A stretch of 64,000 nt of DNA from Planctomycetota bacterium (GTDB lineage: Bacteria; Planctomycetota; SZUA-567; H5-PLA8). The position numbers and the translations under genes were made by a program. The notes under the pieces are model-generated. The model did not search any database. It was not told the origin of the DNA and saw only the letters and a list, made by a program, of their open reading frames with translations. Within the stretch, counting starts at the first letter, position 1. Each line of letters begins with the position of its first letter. Positions 56,336 to 64,000 of the stretch are shown here, piece by piece. The stretch covers positions 47,454-111,453 of the forward strand of contig JBBRPR010000014.1 of NCBI GenBank assembly GCA_038227875.1, in the 5' to 3' direction.

Positions 56336-57430
56336 ATGAAGCGGCTGAGTTTTCTCTCCCTTATTATTGGCGCTGTTCTAATTTCATCACACGCATTTGG
56401 AGCTGCGGTCGACGACGCGCGCACGTTGCAAAGCGAGGCGACGGCGATTTTGCGGGCGTCCAGCGGCGCGGTGGCCGATCCGAAGGTCTACGCGGAAGCG
56501 GTACGCAAGCTGGAGAAAGCGCAGTCGCTGCTCGACGAGGCGGAAAAAGCCAAAACGCCGAACATCGATTCGCTGCAGCAGGAGGTGTCGTCGGCGCTCT
56601 TCTGGGCGCGGAAATTCTCGACGGTGCAGGTCATTGACGAACTGGCCGGCAAGCCGTCGAAGCCACCGGACACAAATGGCGCCGACGCGGCATTCAAGCG
56701 CGCCGAGCAATTCGAATCGCAACACAGCGGCGACGACTACGCGATTGCGCTGCGTTGGTTCCAATTTTCATCCGAATACAGCGGCACGGAACTGGCCCTG
56801 CGCGGACTGGCGCGCGCGCGGGAAGCGCAGTCCCGCTATCAGGCCGTGGAGGCCGCGAAGAAGCAGGCCGCCGAACCGCAGACAGCCGAGAGCAAGTTGC
56901 TCGACGAAGGCAACGCCCTCTTTCAGCAGAAGAAATTCGACGAGGCGCTGGCAAAATTCAATGAAGCGAAGAAGGCCGCGGACTCCACGCTGGTCGAACG
57001 GCGCATCGGCCATACGTACGTGGAGCAAGGCCACGCGCTGCGCGACCAGTATGCGGCGCAGTACCTGCCCGTGTTAAAGGAGTACAACGACGCGAAGCAG
57101 AAGGGCGACCAGCGCGCGATGGTGGCGCTGACGCAGAAGGCTCGCGATGTGGTCACCAAATTGAAGCCGGTGGAGGATGCGGCGTTTAAAGCGTATGCGA
57201 ACGCGGAACTGGCGTTTCAGAAGGGACTGGATCTGGCGAAGAACAAGGATCTGGAATGCGAAGCCTACATCGCTTTCAACAATTACGACCGCGGCAAGGA
57301 CAAACACCAGCGTGCGAAATTGCAATTGGCGGAGCTCTTTGGTAAGTACCAACCGGCCAACGACGAAGAGCGCTCGACGTTTGAGTTTGCCAAGAATCTG
57401 TTCCGCCAGCTCGGTGGAGTTTTGAAGTAA
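56336..57430 (+). CDS. exported helical/TPR-like protein of unknown function
   Basis: Signal peptide MKRLSFLSLIIGAVLISSHAFGA. Ala/Lys/Glu-rich helical repeats (e.g. GNALFQQKKFDEALAKFNEAKK). Confidence 0.5.
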   Translation: MKRLSFLSLIIGAVLISSHAFGAAVDDARTLQSEATAILRASSGAVADPKVYAEAVRKLEKAQSLLDEAEKAKTPNIDSLQQEVSSALFWARKFSTVQVIDELAGKPSKPPDTNGADAAFKRAEQFESQHSGDDYAIALRWFQFSSEYSGTELALRGLARAREAQSRYQAVEAAKKQAAEPQTAESKLLDEGNALFQQKKFDEALAKFNEAKKAADSTLVERRIGHTYVEQGHALRDQYAAQYLPVLKEYNDAKQKGDQRAMVALTQKARDVVTKLKPVEDAAFKAYANAELAFQKGLDLAKNKDLECEAYIAFNNYDRGKDKHQRAKLQLAELFGKYQPANDEERSTFEFAKNLFRQLGGVLK

Positions 57431-57441
57431 ATTGCGCCATG

Positions 57442-57570
57442 CATGGATGTGTGGATGTATGCGCGTAGCGAAAACAGCCGCTCATCCGTGCCGGGGCGCA
57501 CAGAGTTGGCTGAGCATAACGCACGGATGAGCGAATTCCTTCGCTACGCTTAGGAATTCGCACATCCATG
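57442..57570 (+). promoter_or_regulatory. nested three-stem RNA structure with an alternative hairpin, spanning the start codon of the decarboxylase gene
   Basis: Perfect stems: 57442-57451/57561-57570 (10 bp, includes ATG 57568), 57463-57472/57540-57549 (10 bp), 57480-57491/57521-57532 (12 bp). A mutually exclusive 9-bp hairpin (57531-57539/57553-57561) covers an AGGA. Confidence 0.4.
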
Positions 57571-58986
57571 GCACAAAGGACGATGATGGATCATCTGAAG
57601 AAGGCCTACGACACGAAGTACCTCGAAAGAGCGCTCGCCGACGTCGCAAGAATCGCGACGGAAGAAGTGGATCGCGCACTACGCCGCGACGGGAAAGTGC
57701 TGATCCAGAAGCCGATGGCCGAGATCGCTCGCGAGCTGGATCTGGAACGCGTAATTCAGGACGGCAACGCCGATCTGTCGCACTTGGCGCGTGTGTTCCT
57801 GCAGAATTGCAATCATCTCCACAACCCGCGATACATGGGGCACCAGGTTGCGGTGCCGATGCTGCCGTCGAGCATCGGGGATTTTCTCGGCGGCGTCGTG
57901 AACAACGGCATGGCCGTCTACGAGATGGGCCCGGCCGGCACGACGATCGAGCGAGGCTTGATTCAATGGATGCTGAAAAAAGTCGGCGCATCGTGGGCGG
58001 AGACCGGCAGCGGGATTCTCACCCACGGCGGCAGTCTCGCCAACCTGAGCGGCCTGATCGCGGCGCGCGCGAAGGTAATTCCGGAGAGTTGGGCTGACGG
58101 CACGCCGCCGGGATTCGTCTTCCTTGCGTCGGAAGCGTCGCACTATTCGGTGGCGCGGGCGGCGTCGATTCTCGGGTTCGGCAGCAAGGCGGTGATCAAA
58201 GTCGGTGTCGACCTCGAGCTGCGCGTCTCTGCCGAGAACGTAAAAGCAGCGTACAAAACCGCGCGAGCCGGCGGCAAGCGGGTGCTTGCGGTGATCGCGA
58301 ACGCCGGCGCGACGCCGACGGGAATCTTCGATCCGCTGCGCGCGATCGGGGAATTCTGCCGTGCGGAGAACCTGTGGTTTCACGTCGATGGCGCGCACGG
58401 AGCTTCGGCGCTCGTTTCGCCGAAGTACCGCGAGTTGCTCGACGGCGTAGAGCTTGCGGATTCTCTCGCATGGGATACGCACAAACTGCTAGGCACATCG
58501 ACGCTCTGCGCCGCGGCGCTCTTTCGCGACAAGCAGACGTTGGAATGCAGTTACGCGCAGCATGCGCCGTATCTGTTCACCGAGGCGGAGAAGCCCGGCG
58601 AAGATTTGTCCAAGGTCACGTTTGAATGCACGAAGTCATCGCTGGCGTTGAAGCTGTTTTTCAATCTCGCCGTGATCGGCGAGCGCGGCATGGCGGCTCA
58701 TGTGGAGAAACTGTTCGACAACACGCGCACGTTTTACGAGCTGATTCGCGCGCGCAAGGGCTTTCAGACCATCCACGAACCGCAGTCGAATATTCTCTGC
58801 TTCCGCTACGGCAGCGATTCCGCGGTTCAGGACCGCGTGCGTCAGCAGTTGGTCAACGACGGAAATTTTTACATCACGCGCGCTACCCTGCATGGCGAAG
58901 CGTATCTGCGGACAGTGTTTATGAATCCGTTTACGACGACGGAGGACGTGTCGGCGCTGTGCGATGAGATTGAGCGGCTGGCGTAG
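57568..58986 (+). CDS. group II pyridoxal-phosphate-dependent decarboxylase family protein
   Basis: HNPRYMGHQV, GGSLANL, HVDGAHGA, SLAWDTHKLL (the PLP lysine context). Confidence 0.85.
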   Translation: MAQRTMMDHLKKAYDTKYLERALADVARIATEEVDRALRRDGKVLIQKPMAEIARELDLERVIQDGNADLSHLARVFLQNCNHLHNPRYMGHQVAVPMLPSSIGDFLGGVVNNGMAVYEMGPAGTTIERGLIQWMLKKVGASWAETGSGILTHGGSLANLSGLIAARAKVIPESWADGTPPGFVFLASEASHYSVARAASILGFGSKAVIKVGVDLELRVSAENVKAAYKTARAGGKRVLAVIANAGATPTGIFDPLRAIGEFCRAENLWFHVDGAHGASALVSPKYRELLDGVELADSLAWDTHKLLGTSTLCAAALFRDKQTLECSYAQHAPYLFTEAEKPGEDLSKVTFECTKSSLALKLFFNLAVIGERGMAAHVEKLFDNTRTFYELIRARKGFQTIHEPQSNILCFRYGSDSAVQDRVRQQLVNDGNFYITRATLHGEAYLRTVFMNPFTTTEDVSALCDEIERLA

Positions 58987-59066
58987 AATCTGGACGGAAT
59001 TTCTGCAACCCATCGCTTTCTCAAGCATCCAAAAGAGCACGGAATGTTCCCTCTCGGAGTCCCCGC

Positions 59067-59933
59067 ATGAAATTCGCTCTGCTTGCCATGACTCTTCTGG
59101 CTATGACCCACGTTTGCCGCGCGGCGGAGTTGGCCGATGGTCTTTACTGGCAGACGGACGGCAAATCCGGCCAAAAAATCACAACGTTGAACAGAGGCGA
59201 CGTGTTCGTCGGTGAGAAATGGGACGTGAAGCCCCTGGAAGTGATGGTGTCATCTCAAGACAACGCGAACACCAATTTTTATGTGTCGCTGAAGTGTGCG
59301 TACGAAATCAAAATCTCTGACTCTTTTATAAACACGGTGCTGATCTGCGGCGGACGATCATATGCGCAGGGAGGCAGTGGCAGCAACGGTAAGGAGATTT
59401 CGTTCGCGGATTATTCCATCGCGGGACAAGAGGGTGCCGATGCGGTGGCGAAGTATTTCGGCACGACGACGCGCGTGCGACAGCACCCAGGCTACGCGTT
59501 TCGCGTGAGCTTTACGCCTGACAAGAAGGAGTATGCGCCCGGCGAGGAAGTCGCCGCGACGCTGCGCATCGAAAACATCAGTGACAAAACGGTCGCCTTT
59601 CAAAAGGGCGGACACAATCGAGCCGAGCGCGATACGCAGTACCATTTCACTGCACAGCTGAACGGCAAGAGCGTGCCGGACATCGGCACGGATATGAAAT
59701 TTGGCGGGCTTTCCGTCAATCGCGTACTGAAGCCGAATGAGATTTTTGAAGACAAGATCGTTCTCAACAAATGGTTCGCGTTTAAAGACGCGGGAACCTA
59801 CGACATTCTAGGATCGTATTTAATGGAGTTCTTTGAACCCGGTGAGAAGCATTATTTTATGATCTGGCAGGATTACGCGACGGCCGAATTCAGGGTGACG
59901 ATTAAAACCCCGGCGGCAAAGGCGGAGAAATAG
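59067..59933 (+). CDS. exported protein of unknown function
   Basis: Signal peptide MKFALLAMTLLAMTHVCRA. GGAG upstream. No recognised motif. Confidence 0.5.
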   Translation: MKFALLAMTLLAMTHVCRAAELADGLYWQTDGKSGQKITTLNRGDVFVGEKWDVKPLEVMVSSQDNANTNFYVSLKCAYEIKISDSFINTVLICGGRSYAQGGSGSNGKEISFADYSIAGQEGADAVAKYFGTTTRVRQHPGYAFRVSFTPDKKEYAPGEEVAATLRIENISDKTVAFQKGGHNRAERDTQYHFTAQLNGKSVPDIGTDMKFGGLSVNRVLKPNEIFEDKIVLNKWFAFKDAGTYDILGSYLMEFFEPGEKHYFMIWQDYATAEFRVTIKTPAAKAEK

Positions 59934-59979
59934 CGGCGGGGTTGCTCCATCGCCGAAAGCGTGGTAAGTTTGCCGCGCC

Positions 59980-61278
59980 ATGCCCTCACGAACTCTTGCC
60001 TGGATTGCCCTGGTCGTTCTGCTCCTCACGTTGGGACTGCGTCTGCACGCGCTGTTCTCGGGGTCGCACGTCGATGAACTGACGCGCGAGCAGGCCACGT
60101 ACCGGTTGGTGCGCGAAACGATCCGCGAACGCTACGTCAACAACGTCGACGACAAGGTGGAGAAGAAATTATTTTACGGTGCGCTGGAAGGCATGGCTTC
60201 GCAGTTGGACCAGCACACGCAGTTCATTCCGCCCGATGAGTACGAAGCTTCCGATGCGCGCATCACCGGCGAAATCGAAGGCGTCGGCATGGAAATCGAT
60301 CAGGACAGCAAGGGTCTGTTCGTCGTCACGCCGTGGATGGGCACGCCGGCGTACGAGCGCGGAGTCCTGCCCGGCGACCGCCTGCTGATGATCGACGGCG
60401 TGGCCACGCAGGGCATGGATAGCGACGAGGCGCGCAAGCGCATCACTGGCAAGGCCGGCACGGAAGTGAAGCTGACCTTGCTGCATGAAGGCGACGAGAA
60501 GCCCGTGGAGCTGGTGCTGCTGCGCGCGGCGATCATCGCGCAGTCCATTCAGGCGGCGGAAATTCTGTCGACCGAATGGGTGCCGGATCCGGCGACGAAA
60601 ATCGGTTTTGTACAGATCGCGCAGTTTCAAAAACACACAGCGATCGATCTGGATGCGGCGCTGAAAAAGCTGGAAGGGCAGGGGATGCAGGCGTTGATTC
60701 TCGATCTGCGCCAGAATCGCGGCGGGATGCTCGACGCGGCAACCGGAGTCGCGGAACTGTTTCTGAAGGACGGCCCGATCGTCAGCGTGTTTGAAAAGGG
60801 CGAAGGCGGGCGCATTAATGAAGAGGCGCACAAGTCCAGCGGCACCAAAACGCATCCCGAATGCCCGCTCGTAATCCTGACCGATTCACTGAGCGCATCG
60901 GCGTCAGAGATTGTGTCCGGTGCGCTGCGCGAACGTGGGCGCGCGACGCTGGTGGGCGGACGGACGTACGGAAAGTTTTCGGTGCAGACGATCATCCGCA
61001 TCCCCATGGGCGGCAACGAGGGTCTGGCCGCGTTGAAGCTGACCACCGCGCGCTATAAAACGCCGACGGGCAAATGCATCGACGGGCAGGGCATCGTTCC
61101 GGATGTGCTGGTGCCATCGACGGCCGAGCAGCAGAAAGCCCTGCTGATCTACCGCAATCAGCGCCATCTGCAGGACAACAATCCTCGTCACACGGCGCCG
61201 AAGCCCGGTGCGTTTGTAGATACGCAATTGAAGAAGGCCGTCGAAGTAATTCTGACCAAAGTCAAGAAGCCGGAATAG
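59980..61278 (+). CDS. S41 family C-terminal processing peptidase
   Basis: N-terminal anchor, PDZ-like GDRLLMIDGV, LDLRQNRGG, catalytic-Ser region DSLSASASEIVSGAL, and ...GKFSVQT. Confidence 0.85.
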   Translation: MPSRTLAWIALVVLLLTLGLRLHALFSGSHVDELTREQATYRLVRETIRERYVNNVDDKVEKKLFYGALEGMASQLDQHTQFIPPDEYEASDARITGEIEGVGMEIDQDSKGLFVVTPWMGTPAYERGVLPGDRLLMIDGVATQGMDSDEARKRITGKAGTEVKLTLLHEGDEKPVELVLLRAAIIAQSIQAAEILSTEWVPDPATKIGFVQIAQFQKHTAIDLDAALKKLEGQGMQALILDLRQNRGGMLDAATGVAELFLKDGPIVSVFEKGEGGRINEEAHKSSGTKTHPECPLVILTDSLSASASEIVSGALRERGRATLVGGRTYGKFSVQTIIRIPMGGNEGLAALKLTTARYKTPTGKCIDGQGIVPDVLVPSTAEQQKALLIYRNQRHLQDNNPRHTAPKPGAFVDTQLKKAVEVILTKVKKPE

Positions 61279-62563
61279 CGCGCCGCGCGGCGTCGATCAC
61301 CGTTTGAATTGATACGCCCTTCTCCAACGCGCTGGCACGGCAATCCTCGTATTCCGGATGGAATGATGTATCGCGCCCCTGCCACGATCCGATTTTCACA
61401 CGCACGGCGCCGAACGGCGTCTCCACCGTGATCATGCGCCGCGACAGTTTCATCCGCGACAGCGTCTGGCAGCGGATCCCGAATGTTGGACACTCTTTGA
61501 AAATGAGGTCCGCCAGCGCATCGAGCTGTGCGGGTTCGGCGAGAACCGTCAGCATCGACCCGGGGCGGAATTTTTTCATCTGAATCGGTGTCAGGAAGAC
61601 ATCCAGCGCGCCGCGCGCGAGCAATGTCTCGCAAAGGAAACCGAGGACTTCCGGCGTGGCGTCGTCGATGTTCGCGGAGATTTCGACGATGCTGTCGGTC
61701 GATTCCGAATCGCGAGCGGTTGTCGGTTCCGAGAGCGTGCCCAAGGCCACGCGCAGAATGTTCGGAAACGGTTGGTTCTCGCGCGTGCCGGCGCCGTAAC
61801 CCAGATTCGTAATCGTCATCGCCGGTAGCGGACCGAAGTGTTTCACCAGCGCCGCCGCGAGCGCCGCACCTGTCGGCGTAGTGAGTTCTTTCTGAAACGT
61901 CGTCTCGCGGATCGGCAGACCTTTCATCAGCTCCAGTGTTGCGGGCGCGGGAACAGGCATCTGCCCATGAGCGCATTTGACGAAGCCGCCCGAACCCAGC
62001 GCGATGGGGCCGGACCAGACTTCGTCGATCCCCAGTGCTTCCAGACCGATGCAGACGCCGACCATATCGACGATGCTGTCGATCGCGCCGACTTCGTGAA
62101 AGCCGACGTCTTCCGGCGGCATGTTGTGCATGCGGCCCTCGGCGATCGCGAGTTTGTAAAACGCGGCGATGCTGTTGGCCTTTACCGCGGGGCTCAGCGT
62201 TGAATTTTCGATCAGCTTCTTGATGTCCGCGTAGGTGCGGTGCGCATGCGAGCCGGACGCGCTTTCGCCGTGATGCGCATGACCGTGATCGGCATCGCCG
62301 TGCGAATGGCCGTGATCGTGTGCAGGTCCATGTTCATGCGCGCCAGTTTCCTGAGGCGCGCCGTCGATTGTCACATCAAATTTTGTAGCGGCAATCGCTC
62401 CTCGGAGCACACGCTTGGAACCGAGGTGATAGCCGGCGACGTTGAGTTTCGAGAGCTCAAAATGGAGCCGGGCCAGATCGAGTCCCAGATCCAACAGTGC
62501 CGCGACAAACATGTCTCCGGCAATGCCGCTGAATGGATCGAGGTAGAGTATTGTCTTGCTCAC
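61262..62563 (-). CDS. larC: nickel-pincer cofactor nickel-insertion protein LarC (DUF111)
   Basis: VSKTILYLDPFSGIAGDMFVAALLDLG N-terminus. His-rich tract HEHGPAHDHGHSHGDADHGHAHHGE. I prefer GTG 62563; the track ORF start at 62809 would overlap the trpC 3' end. Confidence 0.8.
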   Translation of the reverse strand: MSKTILYLDPFSGIAGDMFVAALLDLGLDLARLHFELSKLNVAGYHLGSKRVLRGAIAATKFDVTIDGAPQETGAHEHGPAHDHGHSHGDADHGHAHHGESASGSHAHRTYADIKKLIENSTLSPAVKANSIAAFYKLAIAEGRMHNMPPEDVGFHEVGAIDSIVDMVGVCIGLEALGIDEVWSGPIALGSGGFVKCAHGQMPVPAPATLELMKGLPIRETTFQKELTTPTGAALAAALVKHFGPLPAMTITNLGYGAGTRENQPFPNILRVALGTLSEPTTARDSESTDSIVEISANIDDATPEVLGFLCETLLARGALDVFLTPIQMKKFRPGSMLTVLAEPAQLDALADLIFKECPTFGIRCQTLSRMKLSRRMITVETPFGAVRVKIGSWQGRDTSFHPEYEDCRASALEKGVSIQTVIDAARRAIPAS

Positions 62564-62612
62564 GCCGTACCGTCCCGTTCCCGCTCCAGTTCCGCGTCGA
62601 ACTTGGAGAAAA

Positions 62613-64000
62613 TCAGATTGAGAAGTCGTCGAAGCCCATAATTTCCCGCACCTTGTCGCCAATATTCGGGGCGCGCATGAACGTTTCGCCGATGAGCACG
62701 GCATCAATGCCGGCTTCCGCCAAGCGCAGCGTGTCGGCGCGATTGCTGATTCCCGACTCGCTGACCAGAAGGATTCCGTTGCGGCTGGAGCGCGGCAGCT
62801 TTTCGGCAAGGCGGAACGTGGTCTCCAGATCCGTCTGCAGCGTTTTCAAATTACGGTTGTTGATGCCGACGATGTTCGCGCCGCTGTTCAGCGCGATTTC
62901 CAGCTCCGCTTCGTCGTGTACTTCCACCAGCGCATCGAGGCCTTCGCCTTCGGCGGCTTCGCGGAAATCGCGCAACTGGGCCAGGTCCAGGCAGGCGACA
63001 ATCAGCAGCACGGCATCAGCACCAAAGCGCTCGGCTTCAACGATCTGGTACTCGTCGATGATGAAGTCCTTGCGCAGGATCGGCAGCTTGGTGGCTTCAC
63101 GCGCGAGGTTCAGGTGGTCGAGCGACCCCTTGAAATACTTGGTGTTGGTCAGCACCGACAAAGCCGATGCATTGGCGCCTTCATAAATTTGCGCGATTGC
63201 CGCTGGATCAAAATCCGCGCGCAACAGTCCGCCGGACGGGCTGGCCTTCTTGATTTCTGCAATGAGTGAGAGTCCCGGCGACGCCAGCGCCTTGCGGAAC
63301 GACCGGGGCGCGGTGCGTTTGGACTGATTTGCGCGCAGTGCGGAGAGCGGCGCGGCGCTCTTGACCAGCGCGACTTCCTCGCGCTTGTTCTCCACAATTT
63401 CCTGCAGGACGTCGGATGCTGAATTCAATGGCCGGCCTGCGCCGCCGCCCTGTCCACCCACTCCCATGCGCGAGCTCTCCTTGCGACGAATGTCCGCCTC
63501 GAGTTCCAGGATGCGTTCGAGCATCGGATCGGGCAAATTGGTCTGTTCGAGATTGAGCGCCGGAACGCGTTGACCGCCCGAGGCGACGACGCGTCCGGGA
63601 ATTCCCACCACCGTTGAACCCGGCGGCACGGCGTGTAGCACAACCGATCCGGCGCCGATGCGCGAATTCTGGCCGACGACAATGTTACCCAGCACTTTCG
63701 AACCCGCGCCCAGCGACACGCCGTCTTGAATCGTAGGATGGCGCTTGCCGGTTTCCTTTCCCGTTCCGCCCAGCGTGACCTGGTGGAGCATCGAAACATT
63801 GTTGCCGAGGATCGCCGTTTCGCCGATCACGACGCCGTGAGCGTGGTCGATGAAAATGCCGCGACCAAATTTCGCGCCTGGATGAATGTCAGCCCCGGTA
63901 AGGAAACGCGCGTAGAAATTCACCAATCGCGCCGGCGTGCGCAGTCCCCAACTATATAAGGGGTGCGCGGCGAGGCGATGAAGTGTCAGCGCCCACCAGC
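62613..64000 (-). CDS. trpC: continuous reading frame: serine O-acetyltransferase (CysE, 5' end outside window) fused in frame to indole-3-glycerol-phosphate synthase (TrpC)
   Basis: The upstream part has a hexapeptide-repeat CysE core, TGADIHPGAKFGRGIFIDHAHGVVIGETA...IPGRVV, plus an LPDPMLERILELEADI tail. The frame stays open through 63998 (..WWALTLHRLAAHPLYSWGLRTPARLVNFY). A Gly-rich linker MGVGGQGGGAG follows. Then TrpC: LQEIVENKREEV, LIAEIKKASPSGG, LRKDFIIDEYQI, VEVHDE, GINNRNL. There is no stop between the two. An internal ATG at 63467 with AAGGAG upstream could also yield TrpC alone (62613..63467). Confidence 0.75.
   Translation of the reverse strand, partial: WWALTLHRLAAHPLYSWGLRTPARLVNFYARFLTGADIHPGAKFGRGIFIDHAHGVVIGETAILGNNVSMLHQVTLGGTGKETGKRHPTIQDGVSLGAGSKVLGNIVVGQNSRIGAGSVVLHAVPPGSTVVGIPGRVVASGGQRVPALNLEQTNLPDPMLERILELEADIRRKESSRMGVGGQGGGAGRPLNSASDVLQEIVENKREEVALVKSAAPLSALRANQSKRTAPRSFRKALASPGLSLIAEIKKASPSGGLLRADFDPAAIAQIYEGANASALSVLTNTKYFKGSLDHLNLAREATKLPILRKDFIIDEYQIVEAERFGADAVLLIVACLDLAQLRDFREAAEGEGLDALVEVHDEAELEIALNSGANIVGINNRNLKTLQTDLETTFRLAEKLPRSSRNGILLVSESGISNRADTLRLAEAGIDAVLIGETFMRAPNIGDKVREIMGFDDFSI

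Noticed and set aside
61262-62809. 515-aa version of larC, and the long upstream extensions of hypE (41194), hypC (39594), the protease (36930) and the Pat-type gene (34201)
   Set aside because: The extensions overlap the preceding genes and have no family-like sequence. The conserved N-termini (ILYLDPFSGIAGDM, MCLAIPG, VVGIGN, LGHGGGG context) fix the starts at 62563, 40008, 36999, 41362 and 34246.
1-64000. tRNA, rRNA, tmRNA, RNase P or known riboswitch genes in intergenic regions
   Set aside because: Scanning spacers longer than 100 bp by eye showed no cloverleaf-compatible or otherwise recognisable sequences. This is not a substitute for tRNAscan-SE or Infernal, so absence is provisional.

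Overview
This is a GC-rich chromosomal segment (roughly 60-65% by eye, not computed) with about 45 credible protein genes. I recognised no rRNA, tRNA, CRISPR array, transposase or integrase. All product calls come from motif recognition in the supplied translations; no BLAST or HMM was run. The gene content suggests a PVC-type (Verrucomicrobiota/Planctomycetota-like) or similar heterotroph, but that is only a guess. It rests on the DUF4838/GH2/heparinase-type glycan enzymes, a 2100-aa He_PIG/PKD surface protein, an ECF sigma with a huge C-terminal extension, HEAT and STN-like modules, and many exported proteins.

Layout:
- 1-15.7 kb: exported proteins and a glycan-degradation cluster. It holds a PhyH-type dioxygenase, DUF4838, a transglutaminase-like/FN3 protein, an AraC regulator, a GH2-like 1307-aa enzyme and a heparinase II/III-like enzyme.
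- 15.8-22.8 kb: ECF sigma-TM-HEAT fusion, a ParB-like protein with repeat-derived N-terminus, an AT-rich gap, a PQQ-type beta-propeller lipoprotein, a zinc-ribbon protein and an HD-type protein.
- 23.1-29.4 kb: giant adhesin-like protein.
- 29.7-42.4 kb: one tightly packed 12-gene operon. It encodes a group-3b-type (sulfhydrogenase-like) [NiFe]-hydrogenase (beta, cNMP-binding protein, gamma, delta, alpha), a Pat-type ADP-forming acyl-CoA synthetase/GNAT fusion, the maturation protease, and hypA(short)-F-C-D-E. No hypB is present.
- 42.4-64 kb: pfkA, membrane/HEAT/secreted proteins, a YjfB-like small gene with a duplicated 3' end, a CAP-like protein, a response regulator, GH1 beta-glucosidase, AraC, two tandem PhyH paralogs, a PLP decarboxylase with a structured leader, S41 peptidase, larC, and a stop-less cysE-trpC reading frame that leaves the window.

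The items most worth a second look:
- the cNMP-binding and Pat-like genes embedded in the hydrogenase operon
- the Cys-free HypA without hypB
- the cysE-trpC fusion
- the candidate inverton/REP pair at 9352-9532
- the decarboxylase leader at 57442-57570
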